The notes under the pieces are model-generated. The model saw only the letters and a list, made by a program, of their open reading frames with translations, had not been told where the DNA came from and did not search any database. The translations under genes and the position numbers were made by a program. DNA of 64,000 bases from a virus (taxonomy: Duplodnaviria; Heunggongvirae; Uroviricota; Caudoviricetes), in IMG/VR virus record IMGVR_UViG_3300042991_000632, positions 27,036 through 91,035 of that record. One strand, written 5' to 3'. This document shows, piece by piece, positions 26,936 through 36,326 of the stretch (its first letter is position 1; each line of letters begins with the position of its first letter).

Positions 26936-26973
26936 AAAAAACCCCGTATTTTCACATAAATACGGGGTTTTAA
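26936..26973 (-). terminator. rho-independent terminator (minus strand)
   Basis: AACCCCGTA-N-TACGGGGTT hairpin flanked by A-run and T-run. Confidence 0.6.
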
Positions 26974-26976
26974 ATT

Positions 26977-27228
26977 TTAATTACTCATGTTCACAAGTTG
27001 CTCCGCTTTTTTATTGAGATATTCTTTTCTTAATAGATCAGGAAACCTGAATTCACATTTTGGAACACGTCTTTCCAAAACAGATTCCAAGGCATATCTG
27101 AATCTTTTAAAATCCATACAAACCCAAGGCTGGAATAGTTGAAACTCCACAATTTGTTCGTCTGACCATGATTTCCATGCAAAACTTTCGGCAAAATCAA
27201 TACCCTGTTCTTTAGTTAAAGTTTCCAT
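26977..27228 (-). CDS. hypothetical protein (83 aa)
   Basis: co-oriented ORF ending at terminator. Confidence 0.4.
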   Translation of the reverse strand: METLTKEQGIDFAESFAWKSWSDEQIVEFQLFQPWVCMDFKRFRYALESVLERRVPKCEFRFPDLLRKEYLNKKAEQLVNMSN

Positions 27229-27244
27229 AATTCTAAGTTTTTAG

Positions 27245-28048
27245 TTAAAGTAATCGTTTAAAATATATATTTGGTTTTAAAATTTCGTTATATGATGGTG
27301 GATCATTCCTAATAAGAATATTAATTCCTTCTCCGACACCCAATGAATCAAGAAATGGTTTAAGGAATTTAATCGAATAATAATATTTAATATCGTTACT
27401 GTTATTTATAATATCATCAATTGTTTTTGGTACTGGTGGCACTTTGGGTATTTCTAACCGCATTTCATTCACAACGTATTGGCAAACACCTTCCTCAATA
27501 AACTCAGCACCAAATGTTTTTTCATACATTGGATATATTTTAATTGCCATCATGTTTCTGAAATCATATTCTTTATGTACGTATGCTCCGTTATATTTTG
27601 TTATGACAACCTTCTGCAGAAAATATGTATGCACAAGTTCATGTATAAGCACGGTCTTAACGAATTGATTTGATGTTGATAAATTAAATTTTTTGAGGTT
27701 GGAAATCTGATTGATGTCATATGCAATATATCTCTCCCGGTTATCAATCACTATTTCGGCACTTCCATCGTTATATGTAATATGATATGCCATATCTAAT
27801 GGTTGATTTCTATAATATTCTTCAATGTTATCCGTTGTTATTTCAAAAAAAATAAATATAGTATCATTTAAAAATTCTTCAAGTTCCTTAATAATATTCT
27901 CTTGTTCATATTTAACATACAGATCAATTCCGGCACGAGTAGGTACTCTTTGTTTGTTTACCGGATAACTCTGTTGAGCAAATTGGATAAATGAAAAGAG
28001 AATAAAAATAAACATAAAAAAGGTTGCTATTCTCTTTTTATTTTTCAT
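27245..28048 (-). CDS. secreted protein with HExxH motif (possible zinc metallopeptidase)
   Basis: signal-peptide-like MKNKKRIATFFMFIFILFSFIQFAQQ; HELVHTYF (HExxH) plus downstream Glu (AEFIEEG). Confidence 0.4.
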   Translation of the reverse strand: MKNKKRIATFFMFIFILFSFIQFAQQSYPVNKQRVPTRAGIDLYVKYEQENIIKELEEFLNDTIFIFFEITTDNIEEYYRNQPLDMAYHITYNDGSAEIVIDNRERYIAYDINQISNLKKFNLSTSNQFVKTVLIHELVHTYFLQKVVITKYNGAYVHKEYDFRNMMAIKIYPMYEKTFGAEFIEEGVCQYVVNEMRLEIPKVPPVPKTIDDIINNSNDIKYYYSIKFLKPFLDSLGVGEGINILIRNDPPSYNEILKPNIYFKRLL

Positions 28049-28052
28049 AATA

Positions 28053-28301
28053 TTATTTCGGAAATACACCATTTTGTCTGTAAAACCAAAGTTTATAAAA
28101 ATGCCGACAAAAAAATGAATCTATTGCAACACTCCACACATTATGCCATGCACCCACCTTACATCTTGGACAATTCTCATCATATTTGATATGTGCACTA
28201 CATATCGAATACCATCTTTTTTTCCAAAAGAATTTGCCTCTTGTTGTTAATTGTGGTAAATTACTTGTCATTTCTTTGGTTTGTATGGACAACCTTGACA
28301 C
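28053..28301 (-). CDS. hypothetical Cys-containing protein (82 aa)
   Basis: ORF with CPRCKVGAWH; overlaps next ORF, uncertain. Confidence 0.3.
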   Translation of the reverse strand: MSRLSIQTKEMTSNLPQLTTRGKFFWKKRWYSICSAHIKYDENCPRCKVGAWHNVWSVAIDSFFCRHFYKLWFYRQNGVFPK

Positions 28302-28504
28302 ATCGGCATTTCATCATCGTCAATCCATTCAATGTTTTCCCATCGATATCCATAATCTTCACCCATAAATTTACACATTTGTCGTATTCTTGCCCATTCC
28401 ATCCACCTGATCTGAAAATCAATTGTTAGTGGAAGCCACAGAAATTTTCTGATTACTCTTTGGCTTCCCATCATGCCGTCTTTAAAAATATTACCAAATC
28501 TCAT
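28268..28504 (-). CDS. hypothetical protein (78 aa)
   Basis: ORF with CQGCPYKPKK C-terminus; uncertain. Confidence 0.3.
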   Translation of the reverse strand: MRFGNIFKDGMMGSQRVIRKFLWLPLTIDFQIRWMEWARIRQMCKFMGEDYGYRWENIEWIDDDEMPMCQGCPYKPKK

Positions 28505-28522
28505 AGTTTTGTTTGTTTTAAG

Positions 28523-28852
28523 TTATTTGCCCTTACATGTAAATCCCTGCCAATCGCATGCAGTTATTGTAACAAAGGCTGGACTGCAACCACTTCCACC
28601 ACTCAATCCAATCTGTTGAAATACATATTCACCGGGAGAAAGTTCGATGTCTTTTTCTTCACCGGGATCAAGAGTTCCATAATTAACACCGTTAATCATA
28701 ATTCTTTGAACAGTACTTATGCTTGTGTTTTCAAGATTGAGAGTTCCTTTACCATTAGCACACGCATCGTCAACGGGTTCACATGATGTGTTCATTGATG
28801 CTGAAATAGCCAGTAACGCTATCGTAATTAAAAATAGTTTAAATTTTTTCAT
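28523..28852 (-). CDS. lipoprotein (109 aa)
   Basis: MKKFKLFLITIALLAISASMNTSC signal peptide with lipobox-like Cys. Confidence 0.5.
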   Translation of the reverse strand: MKKFKLFLITIALLAISASMNTSCEPVDDACANGKGTLNLENTSISTVQRIMINGVNYGTLDPGEEKDIELSPGEYVFQQIGLSGGSGCSPAFVTITACDWQGFTCKGK

Positions 28853-29387
28853 CTTCTTTTTTATTTGTTATTATTTCTTTCAATTCGTATATTCCCACGC
28901 CACCTTTTAGTCTTACTTCTTTTCCCTTTCTCCAGATAATAGCACTTCCATCAGTTCCAATAAAGGTGACTTTATATTTAAACCAACCATATCTAAGTGT
29001 ATCACCCTTTTCATACCACGCATTTTTGTAATTAAAATACACTTTATCTTTTGATGATGGTAAATTAATATATGAATGGCAACGATTACACCAAACCGCC
29101 CCACCATCATAATGTGTACGCCATTCTTCTGGATGAGTGCAATCATCTGGAAGTATAGGATAAAATTTCGGAAATGCAATTTCTCTGTTAGTAATTCCAA
29201 TTCCCCATTCAGCACCCTTACAAAAAATATCTCTTACTGTACCTTCCTGCAGACGATACTCTTTTGCAAGTTCTTTGTATGCTGAAATTCTTTCGAGGTT
29301 TAGTTTGCCCCCGTAAATGTCTTCTGATTTCATTTTGTTATATGCGTTAATATGAATATGGATAACTACTGTATGTGCTACTACCAC
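28839..29387 (-). CDS. hypothetical protein (182 aa)
   Basis: co-oriented packed ORF. Confidence 0.45.
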   Translation of the reverse strand: MVVAHTVVIHIHINAYNKMKSEDIYGGKLNLERISAYKELAKEYRLQEGTVRDIFCKGAEWGIGITNREIAFPKFYPILPDDCTHPEEWRTHYDGGAVWCNRCHSYINLPSSKDKVYFNYKNAWYEKGDTLRYGWFKYKVTFIGTDGSAIIWRKGKEVRLKGGVGIYELKEIITNKKEDEKI

Positions 29388-29709
29388 TAACGTTTTTATT
29401 CTTTAATTCTTCAATGAATTTTTCGTTCTTCATTATTAAACTATCGAGTTTGTTGAAATACTTTTTCTGTCTTTCGGCACAAAACTTACAATTACCTTTG
29501 TGTGTGAATCCAGAATAACAGCTTCCGATATATTCACAACTATCAACGATATATGTGTATATGTAACTACCTTCAATCATAATGGTATCATTGCCAACGC
29601 CAACAATAGGACTAATTTCAGCATTTTGTGTGGTACAAGCACCAATTGAAAGAGTAAGTACAAGTGTTAATAAAACAAATAGATTTTTCATAATTTTTTT
29701 ATATTTCAT
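29347..29709 (-). CDS. lipoprotein (120 aa)
   Basis: MKNLFVLLTLVLTLSIGAC signal peptide/lipobox. Confidence 0.45.
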   Translation of the reverse strand: MKYKKIMKNLFVLLTLVLTLSIGACTTQNAEISPIVGVGNDTIMIEGSYIYTYIVDSCEYIGSCYSGFTHKGNCKFCAERQKKYFNKLDSLIMKNEKFIEELKNKNVSGSSTYSSYPYSY

Positions 29710-30130
29710 CAGTTAATTCGTTAATTTCATCTTCACATATATCATGGAACAACACTTCTTTGGTGATTGGAATTTCATTGAGTTCCATGTAATTTTCAAT
29801 CATTTCTTTTTCGTAAAACTGACGTTCCCGTTCCATCAGAAATTGTTCCTCAATTTGTGCCTCAAGCATCATATTATATTCCATTTCTTCCTGCATGCGT
29901 TGTTCTTCTCTGCGCCTTGTTTCCGCTTCTTCTCTCTGTCTTTCGTATTCACGTTCTTCTTCCCGGATTCTTTCCTCACGTTGTTCGTCTTTTCTGCCAT
30001 CAAAATATGCTTGGTCTCTATCTCTGTTCGAATATTCATCATACTCATAATTACGTCTGTGACGTTCTTCATCACATTTACCTTCTTTATATGCTTCATT
30101 TTCTTCGTAAGTAAAATAACTTCTTGCCAT
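29699..30130 (-). CDS. highly charged E/R-rich protein (143 aa)
   Basis: EEREYERQREEAETRRREEQRMQEEMEY low-complexity charged tract. Confidence 0.45.
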   Translation of the reverse strand: MARSYFTYEENEAYKEGKCDEERHRRNYEYDEYSNRDRDQAYFDGRKDEQREERIREEEREYERQREEAETRRREEQRMQEEMEYNMMLEAQIEEQFLMERERQFYEKEMIENYMELNEIPITKEVLFHDICEDEINELTDEI

Positions 30131-30473
30131 GATCTTAATGATTAATGAACAAATGTATTATAATAAATCAAATAAACAAAATTATTTTGACGAATAATTA
30201 ACTTGCTACCCTATATACAACTTTCATTGTGGGTTTCTTGGATGTTTTGGGCGGATTATACTCTTCAAAGAGTTCTCTGATTGCAATTTTCATTGCTTTT
30301 TTTCTCCGTCTATTTTCTTTTATTTTTGCGAATAGTTTCATGTTATTTTATTTAAAACCACGTTTGAATTAAAATCTTTTTATCATATTGAACACGATGC
30401 TGCAGCCACCATTACAATTGCAATGATAATTGCTGTAAGCCAAAAACTGACTGTTTCTTTAATTTCTTTCATT

Positions 30474-30833
30474 TTAGTTCTTTTTTGTTGTTATAAGATT
30501 TGTTAAACGTTTTGCACATTCGGGACAACGAAGTGCTAAGTCCAATATTGAAACATTGGTATCAATCTCAGCGTACCTTTCTTCCGGTTTTAAATGTGAA
30601 AGGTCGGGTTGATCATAAGGTGAATTGTGGTTATATCCACGAGCAATCATTTCTACAACGAGTTCTTCATGCCGTTTCTTCATTTGCTCCGGGGCAATTT
30701 GAACAACCGGGGAAATGCATTTGGCAATGCTATGTTTCTTTACGAAGTTATGCCTATGCTTGTGAATCTCGTTATGTTCACCAAGTAGATGCTGTCGGCA
30801 CAGTAATTTTGGATTTATACCCCACATTCTCAT
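30474..30833 (-). CDS. pyrimidine-dimer DNA glycosylase (T4 endonuclease V / Pyr_excise family)
   Basis: N-terminus MRMWGINPKLLCRQHLLGEHNEIHK matches the characteristic MR(L/M)W..(H)P..L start of the family; size ~119 aa. Confidence 0.65.
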   Translation of the reverse strand: MRMWGINPKLLCRQHLLGEHNEIHKHRHNFVKKHSIAKCISPVVQIAPEQMKKRHEELVVEMIARGYNHNSPYDQPDLSHLKPEERYAEIDTNVSILDLALRCPECAKRLTNLITTKKN

Positions 30834-30851
30834 AATAATTGTTTTTATATG

Positions 30852-30882
30852 ATACGCAGGATAGTGAAAAATATTGCAAAAA
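30852..30882 (-). promoter_or_regulatory. promoter-like motif (minus strand: TTTTGCAATATTTTTCACTATCCTGCGTATCATA)
   Basis: recurring motif instance. Confidence 0.45.
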
Positions 30883-30889
30883 CTGAAGA

Positions 30890-31114
30890 TTATTTTGAAA
30901 TCTTTTTTACTCCGGTTAATTGAACGACCTTTGTTCCAGCAAATTTAAATGAATATTCAAACATGTCTTTATGGTTCTTTTTCATCATTGCGTCTTTATA
31001 TTCATCTTCATGATATGCATGTTCCCAAATTGGTGAACTGCCAAGTGTGTTACGAATTTCCTTATCCTCAATAGGTGAATAAACCTTTACTGTTTCAAGT
31101 ATCGCTTTTTCCAT
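30890..31114 (-). CDS. hypothetical protein (74 aa)
   Basis: co-oriented ORF. Confidence 0.4.
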   Translation of the reverse strand: MEKAILETVKVYSPIEDKEIRNTLGSSPIWEHAYHEDEYKDAMMKKNHKDMFEYSFKFAGTKVVQLTGVKKISK

Positions 31115-31179
31115 AGTTATAAATTTAATACAAATATAATATGATTTTTATTAAATACAAACGTATTGCAAAAAAAAAT

Positions 31180-31209
31180 CGGGGTTTCCCCCGATTTTAA
31201 TTTTTAGAA
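31180..31209. terminator. bidirectional-looking rho-independent terminator
   Basis: ATCGGGG-TTT-CCCCCGAT hairpin flanked by A9 and TTTTAATTTTT. Confidence 0.6.
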
Positions 31210-31389
31210 TGAATGAGACCCGGACTTTGCCGTAATTTCAACAATTTTGGCGATCACATCAAATAGTTTAACGATTACGGTTGTTGCCATTCCTATTGCG
31301 AATAATCCACATATACCAACTATTATGGCAGCAATCAGAGGTTCAACTAATTTGAGTTTTTCAATTAGTACACTCCAAAGTTCTTTCAT
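31204..31389 (-). CDS. small membrane protein (61 aa)
   Basis: single TM helix; immediately downstream of SPFH gene. Confidence 0.45.
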   Translation of the reverse strand: MKELWSVLIEKLKLVEPLIAAIIVGICGLFAIGMATTVIVKLFDVIAKIVEITAKSGSHSF

Positions 31390-31394
31390 GATAC

Positions 31395-32585
31395 TTATTT
31401 ATTACCGCCAGTAATATCAACACCAAACTTTTTCACAAGTTCGATAGACCTTTCAGCACCAAATACCTTCATGACATCATCAGCACCACTGTTCGAACTA
31501 CCACCCATGAATACAACATTAGGTGTGGATGCTGTTGATATGTTTTTGGAAACGACATCAGCAATTTTAATCTGCATTTCCATTTTCTGTACTGGTGTTA
31601 AACCCGCATTAACAAGTGCCTGATTTGCAACCGCCTGTGCCCTACCTTCTGCTTCAATTCTTTTTGCAATTTCAAGTGCTTTCTTAGCATTTAATGCTTC
31701 AACCTGATAGTTCTTTTCTGCAATGGTTACTTCTTCAACCTTAACAACTTCCTGCTTGTATTTAGCCGTAGCAACGTTAGCCAAACCTTGCTGTTCTGCG
31801 GTAAGAGCATCCTGTTTTGCACGGATTGCCGACTGCTTTGCAAGTTCTGTTTTCATGGCTTCATCCTTACGGAGAGAAATCATTTCTTCAACTTTAGTAT
31901 CAAACTGAGGGACATCAATAACACATTCAAGCACTTCGCAACCTAACTGTTGTAGTCTGTTGGGAGTTCTGAGTGGCTGACCATCATCACCATATACGAG
32001 TACGGTAACACGCTGTTCTTCACTATCACCCGTTGATGTGGTTTTTTCAACTTTATCGGATTTGGTTACATATATACCGTTTCTTAACTGATCTTCAACC
32101 GCCTGTTGGAAGAGAGCAAGTGTGGTGTATGCATCCTGTGCTGAACGTAAGTTAGCGGAAAGTTTAATTGCATTATTTACAATAGGTACGATACCTGATT
32201 GAATAAAATGTGGAAAGCCACCAGAATATTCACGCTTTAGATTAATAGCACCTTCGGGAGTTGTGGGTAACTTAACACGAATAAGACCAGAGATTTTGGC
32301 TTTAGAACCATCATTAAAGATAACATCAACAGCCTCAATGTCAGCAGTTCCATCACCCTTATGATTACCAATACCGCAAGTGGTAACGTTTTTGTATTCG
32401 CTAATATCTCCAAAGTTTTGGAAATAAGTACCAGCATCAAATCTGACCGACATGTGACCAGTAAGAGCAGCCTGTTTTACCTGAAAATAACCAGCCTCAT
32501 TCGTTTCAAAGATACTGAATGACATGATAAGAAATACAACTGCAATAATACCTACCACAATTGCCATGATTTTTTTGTTTTTCAT
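31395..32585 (-). CDS. SPFH/band-7 (stomatin/prohibitin/flotillin-like) membrane protein
   Basis: N-terminal TM helix, SPFH-like core, Ala/Glu/Gln/Lys-rich coiled-coil (EALNAKKALEIAKRIEAEGRAQAVANQA). Confidence 0.7.
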   Translation of the reverse strand: MKNKKIMAIVVGIIAVVFLIMSFSIFETNEAGYFQVKQAALTGHMSVRFDAGTYFQNFGDISEYKNVTTCGIGNHKGDGTADIEAVDVIFNDGSKAKISGLIRVKLPTTPEGAINLKREYSGGFPHFIQSGIVPIVNNAIKLSANLRSAQDAYTTLALFQQAVEDQLRNGIYVTKSDKVEKTTSTGDSEEQRVTVLVYGDDGQPLRTPNRLQQLGCEVLECVIDVPQFDTKVEEMISLRKDEAMKTELAKQSAIRAKQDALTAEQQGLANVATAKYKQEVVKVEEVTIAEKNYQVEALNAKKALEIAKRIEAEGRAQAVANQALVNAGLTPVQKMEMQIKIADVVSKNISTASTPNVVFMGGSSNSGADDVMKVFGAERSIELVKKFGVDITGGNK

Positions 32586-32626
32586 AAAAATTTGTTTTTT
32601 TAATTAATAGATTTTGTTTTTTAAGA

Positions 32627-32794
32627 TTATACGATCACATCCCTTTTAAACCAACAGTAAAAAGGAATAAGAGCCAGACCAACACTAACTTTAGGGTTTT
32701 TAAATATTTGTAAACCTAAAAAGTGTAGAATAACCGTCACATAGTAAACAACTAATGTGACAAGCAAGAGTTCAATACATAATTGAAATAACAT
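32627..32794 (-). CDS. small membrane peptide (55 aa)
   Basis: hand-translated short ORF with 2 hydrophobic segments; below ORF-track cut-off; coordinates approximate. Confidence 0.25.
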   Translation of the reverse strand: MLFQLCIELLLVTLVVYYVTVILHFLGLQIFKNPKVSVGLALIPFYCWFKRDVIV

Positions 32795-32868
32795 AATTTT
32801 CAGTTTTTAATTGTTTTGCAAATATAAATCAATTTATTGATACCACAAGTGATTTTTTATTTTTTTTC

Positions 32869-33168
32869 CTATTTATTGTCGATTTCGAGATTCATTCCAC
32901 CTTTATCAACAGTAAACCATGCTTTGCACCAAAGTAAATTAATGCCAAACATATACATATAAACAAGATTCTTATCCCATTCTTTTATTTTTCTGAAATT
33001 CCTTTTTCCCACGATTCGCATGCGTCTGAAAAAGAAACCAAGTTCCCACTCACTCCACATTGTGAATTTATGAAGTAGACTATCTTCATCTTCCTTTTCA
33101 AACCTATGTCTGAACACAAATGTGATTTCAAGTTTGCCGATGTTTAAGTATTTTACAATTCCTGCCAT
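32869..33168 (-). CDS. hypothetical protein (99 aa)
   Basis: co-oriented ORF. Confidence 0.4.
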   Translation of the reverse strand: MAGIVKYLNIGKLEITFVFRHRFEKEDEDSLLHKFTMWSEWELGFFFRRMRIVGKRNFRKIKEWDKNLVYMYMFGINLLWCKAWFTVDKGGMNLEIDNK

Positions 33169-33172
33169 AATT

Positions 33173-33520
33173 TTATTCTATTACAAAATAATAATGAAAT
33201 TCATCTTTACCCTCAAATCCGAAATGACTTAGAACAGAAAGTCTTATTTCGTGTTCTTCAGATGCTGTTAATTCTGGAATAAGAATTGGACTCACATGAT
33301 TACTTGCTCTGATCTTTTTACCAATAATCATTTGCTTACCATCCCTGCCATTGAAGAAACAAAAAATATCATCATATGTGCCAATTGGCATTTTTCTTCC
33401 GGTACGATCTTCCCATTCCTTATACCTATCATACGGAACACAAATTCCATACATAAAATAATGATCATGTTTCTTATCAGAATAACACTCTTCGTTGAAA
33501 CTACTGAAAAAATATGGCAT
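33173..33520 (-). CDS. hypothetical protein (115 aa)
   Basis: co-oriented ORF. Confidence 0.45.
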   Translation of the reverse strand: MPYFFSSFNEECYSDKKHDHYFMYGICVPYDRYKEWEDRTGRKMPIGTYDDIFCFFNGRDGKQMIIGKKIRASNHVSPILIPELTASEEHEIRLSVLSHFGFEGKDEFHYYFVIE

Positions 33521-33536
33521 ATCTTTGTTTTTTTAT

Positions 33537-33905
33537 TTATGATTTACACAATTCTTTAAGTTCTTCCCATGTTGGTTCAGTTCCTTCTGGCACGAATAAT
33601 TCAACACCCAATTTGTCGTGCATTTTCGTCAAATAAGGTTTTCTTGTTTCAATGTCGATCATAAGGAACATGCTATCATACGGTGCACCATCCATGATAA
33701 AATGGTTAATACTTGATAAATGTGATACTAATTCATCGTTTGGCATTTCGATTATACAAAATTTAATACAATCAAACCAATCTTTAACAAAGTTGCCTGA
33801 ATTAAATATTTTATTTTTTTTCAGGTTATTATAGGAAACATCAACAGATTTGTAACCTAAATCTTCTTTGTTTCCATCGTCATAATTAATATTAATTACT
33901 GCCAT
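33537..33905 (-). CDS. hypothetical protein (122 aa)
   Basis: co-oriented ORF. Confidence 0.45.
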   Translation of the reverse strand: MAVININYDDGNKEDLGYKSVDVSYNNLKKNKIFNSGNFVKDWFDCIKFCIIEMPNDELVSHLSSINHFIMDGAPYDSMFLMIDIETRKPYLTKMHDKLGVELFVPEGTEPTWEELKELCKS

Positions 33906-33912
33906 GATATTA

Positions 33913-34131
33913 TCAGAATTTAAATTCGTTTAACTTTCTTAATAGTATTCCTGCCATGCTTCTTGCTTGTTTAGCAACTTCTTCGAAATATTCATCATCG
34001 AGAACAACACCATCATCTCTTCCCGCAAGAATACCCTGCATTGCATCGCTTGCAAGTTTTGTTTCAATATCCATTCCTGAATGATGTCCATATGTTGGAT
34101 ATGCTGGTAGATCACTTTTTATTTTTCCCAT
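33913..34131 (-). CDS. hypothetical protein (72 aa)
   Basis: co-oriented ORF. Confidence 0.4.
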   Translation of the reverse strand: MGKIKSDLPAYPTYGHHSGMDIETKLASDAMQGILAGRDDGVVLDDEYFEEVAKQARSMAGILLRKLNEFKF

Positions 34132-34161
34132 AATATTATAAATTTTCGTTAATATTTATCT

Positions 34162-34680
34162 TTATTCTTCTTTATTCCAAATTTCAACATAATCCAAAAG
34201 ATTATCAGGCGCACCATAACAATGGCATCCATCCAGACCATCATCTGGACGCACTTTCTGGGCATCCCAGATTCTACTCAACTGTTCTTCCGAGAAAAAT
34301 CTCCAAGGAAATAATTCCATTGATATATGTGTTGTGGTCACAAGTGTGTTTAATGGAAGTTTATGATGAAGGTAAAATGCATGCATTACTGCACTTCCAG
34401 CAGATTCAAGATGCAATGCAATCAAAAGAAATGCACCAAAAGTAATTCGAAGCGTAGTTAAATGCTCAAGTCTTTTCAGAAATATCTGCATTTGAAATCC
34501 ATTAATTAATGGTTTGAAATGCTTATAAAGTTCAGACTCTTTATCAAGTTCATTGATGTCATTTGAAAACTCCGGTTCTTTTGACATAAAAATATTAAAA
34601 AAGAATGTAGTTTCTTCTTCCGTCATTGGTTCTGATGGTCTGTTCTTTTTGAACGCTTCAATTAATCTTTCCTTATTCAT
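34162..34680 (-). CDS. hypothetical protein (172 aa)
   Basis: last gene of a 4-gene overlapping chain headed by the DUF262 gene. Confidence 0.5.
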   Translation of the reverse strand: MNKERLIEAFKKNRPSEPMTEEETTFFFNIFMSKEPEFSNDINELDKESELYKHFKPLINGFQMQIFLKRLEHLTTLRITFGAFLLIALHLESAGSAVMHAFYLHHKLPLNTLVTTTHISMELFPWRFFSEEQLSRIWDAQKVRPDDGLDGCHCYGAPDNLLDYVEIWNKEE

Positions 34681-35012
34681 TGTTTTAAATTTGATGTAAA
34701 ACCATTAACAATTTTCGCTAAGAATTCACCAACCGATTCGGGGTTTGCAAGAACAGCAATAAAAATAATAATGCTGACAGCGATGGAAATGAATGTAGCA
34801 ATTTGAAACATTTTTTTCATGTTTGAAAAAACACTTTCAGTTTCCACAATTTCACCAGAATCCAAATTTTCTTTTGCAAACTTATTTGGATTAGTTACCT
34901 TAGAAGTATAAACTTCTTTTGGTTTACTAACCTTTTTCTTAAAAAGACCAGAAAATATGCTTGGGTCTGATTTAATTTCCCCGTAATCTTCGTATCTTGT
35001 AAAATCTTTCAT
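34677..35012 (-). CDS. membrane-anchored protein (111 aa, C-terminal TM)
   Basis: ATGA overlaps on both sides; C-terminal hydrophobic helix. Confidence 0.5.
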   Translation of the reverse strand: MKDFTRYEDYGEIKSDPSIFSGLFKKKVSKPKEVYTSKVTNPNKFAKENLDSGEIVETESVFSNMKKMFQIATFISIAVSIIIFIAVLANPESVGEFLAKIVNGFTSNLKQ

Positions 35013-35503
35013 GATTGATATTCTAAACCATAAAAACTTTCATTATAAAATTCGATTGCATCATCAAGACTTGCAGTCCACATAACTTCTTCATAATTAT
35101 CACCAACCAGTAATGCCACACCTTTTTTTGATTTATGTGCCAAATTTTTAAGATGTGCAAAATTATTATATGTTATGTTTTCACCAAGATGAACAAGTAT
35201 TGTGCGTTCCGGTTTACCAATTTCAACAACCGGATGCTTTTTCTTAATCGGGATCATTGTTTTAAATGATGGATTAATGTTATTATTATCGACATCATAT
35301 AGAAACGATTTTTCGAAAACAAAACGGATTTTGTTTAATGGAATCCCATTGTTAATAAGTTGTTCCTTGCTAATAGCAATTAAATGCTGATTGTTAGTAT
35401 TGGATACAACATGAGTATTAAAGTCAATTGGTGCATAATAATCAATTGCAGTAAGTTTCTTTTTGAAACTAATGAATGGAAATTTATTTGTAAATCGTAT
35501 CAT
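35009..35503 (-). CDS. hypothetical protein (~164 aa)
   Basis: start moved to ATG overlapping DUF262 stop; no clear His-Me finger motif. Confidence 0.5.
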   Translation of the reverse strand: MIRFTNKFPFISFKKKLTAIDYYAPIDFNTHVVSNTNNQHLIAISKEQLINNGIPLNKIRFVFEKSFLYDVDNNNINPSFKTMIPIKKKHPVVEIGKPERTILVHLGENITYNNFAHLKNLAHKSKKGVALLVGDNYEEVMWTASLDDAIEFYNESFYGLEYQS

Positions 35504-36309
35504 CACTTTTGAAGTTCTTTTAATAATTCTTTTACTTTATCCAGATGCTTTGAATCCATTGGCTTACCGCAGGTATTCATTTTAATGAAGGTCGAGTATA
35601 TCGCTTCCTTTGAAGGAGTCTCCAAATAACCATAACTCACGCTATAATTCAAGAATTTCCACCTGTCCTTGTTTGAAAGTTCAGAAAAATATTTACCTTT
35701 ATACTGGTATCTATCTTCATAGAATTCACAGATTGCAGTAAGTCTCTGTTTACCATCAATAACTTCATAGTATTTACCCATAGTGCTTCCGTGTTTCTGC
35801 ACGAAAACAAATTTGCCAATTTCAATGTTATTGAAGATTGAATCGATAAGAGAAACCTTATCTACCAGTTTCCAAACGTGTTCACGCTGGTATTCCACAT
35901 CAAAATCAACACCGCCCCAGCCTGAATATACCATGTGTAAGAGTGAGTCCAGACCAGAGTTAAGTTGTCTGATAAAATACTTCTCGTCAAGAGTGAAATC
36001 AGTATCTCTTATGGTATTATATTTGAATATGTTCATCCAAGGCATCGCATTCCAACTGCTGAATCCAGTTAATTTGCCTTCTTTATCATGACCAATGCTT
36101 TCTATGGTGTAATATAATCCACCCTCATGTATTGCCCTGACATAGACTTCTTCATGTGCTCCCCACACAATTCTCTCGTCAACAGCAAAGGTTCTTGTGG
36201 GATTTAAAGGCATAGCACCAAGTGCAATCATGCGCTTTAAATCTGCTATTGCACTGTCAATACTAATCTGACGTGCTTCTTCGGGAGTTATTACTTTTTT
36301 CTTTGCCAT
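35503..36309 (-). CDS. DUF262 (ParB-like / GmrSD N-terminal type) domain protein
   Basis: YQREHVWKLVDKVSLIDSIFNNIEIGKFVF ... YEVIDGKQRLTAICEF matches the DUF262 YQR...DGQQR signature. Confidence 0.6.
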   Translation of the reverse strand: MAKKKVITPEEARQISIDSAIADLKRMIALGAMPLNPTRTFAVDERIVWGAHEEVYVRAIHEGGLYYTIESIGHDKEGKLTGFSSWNAMPWMNIFKYNTIRDTDFTLDEKYFIRQLNSGLDSLLHMVYSGWGGVDFDVEYQREHVWKLVDKVSLIDSIFNNIEIGKFVFVQKHGSTMGKYYEVIDGKQRLTAICEFYEDRYQYKGKYFSELSNKDRWKFLNYSVSYGYLETPSKEAIYSTFIKMNTCGKPMDSKHLDKVKELLKELQK

Positions 36310-36326
36310 TTAATTGCTTTTTCTAA

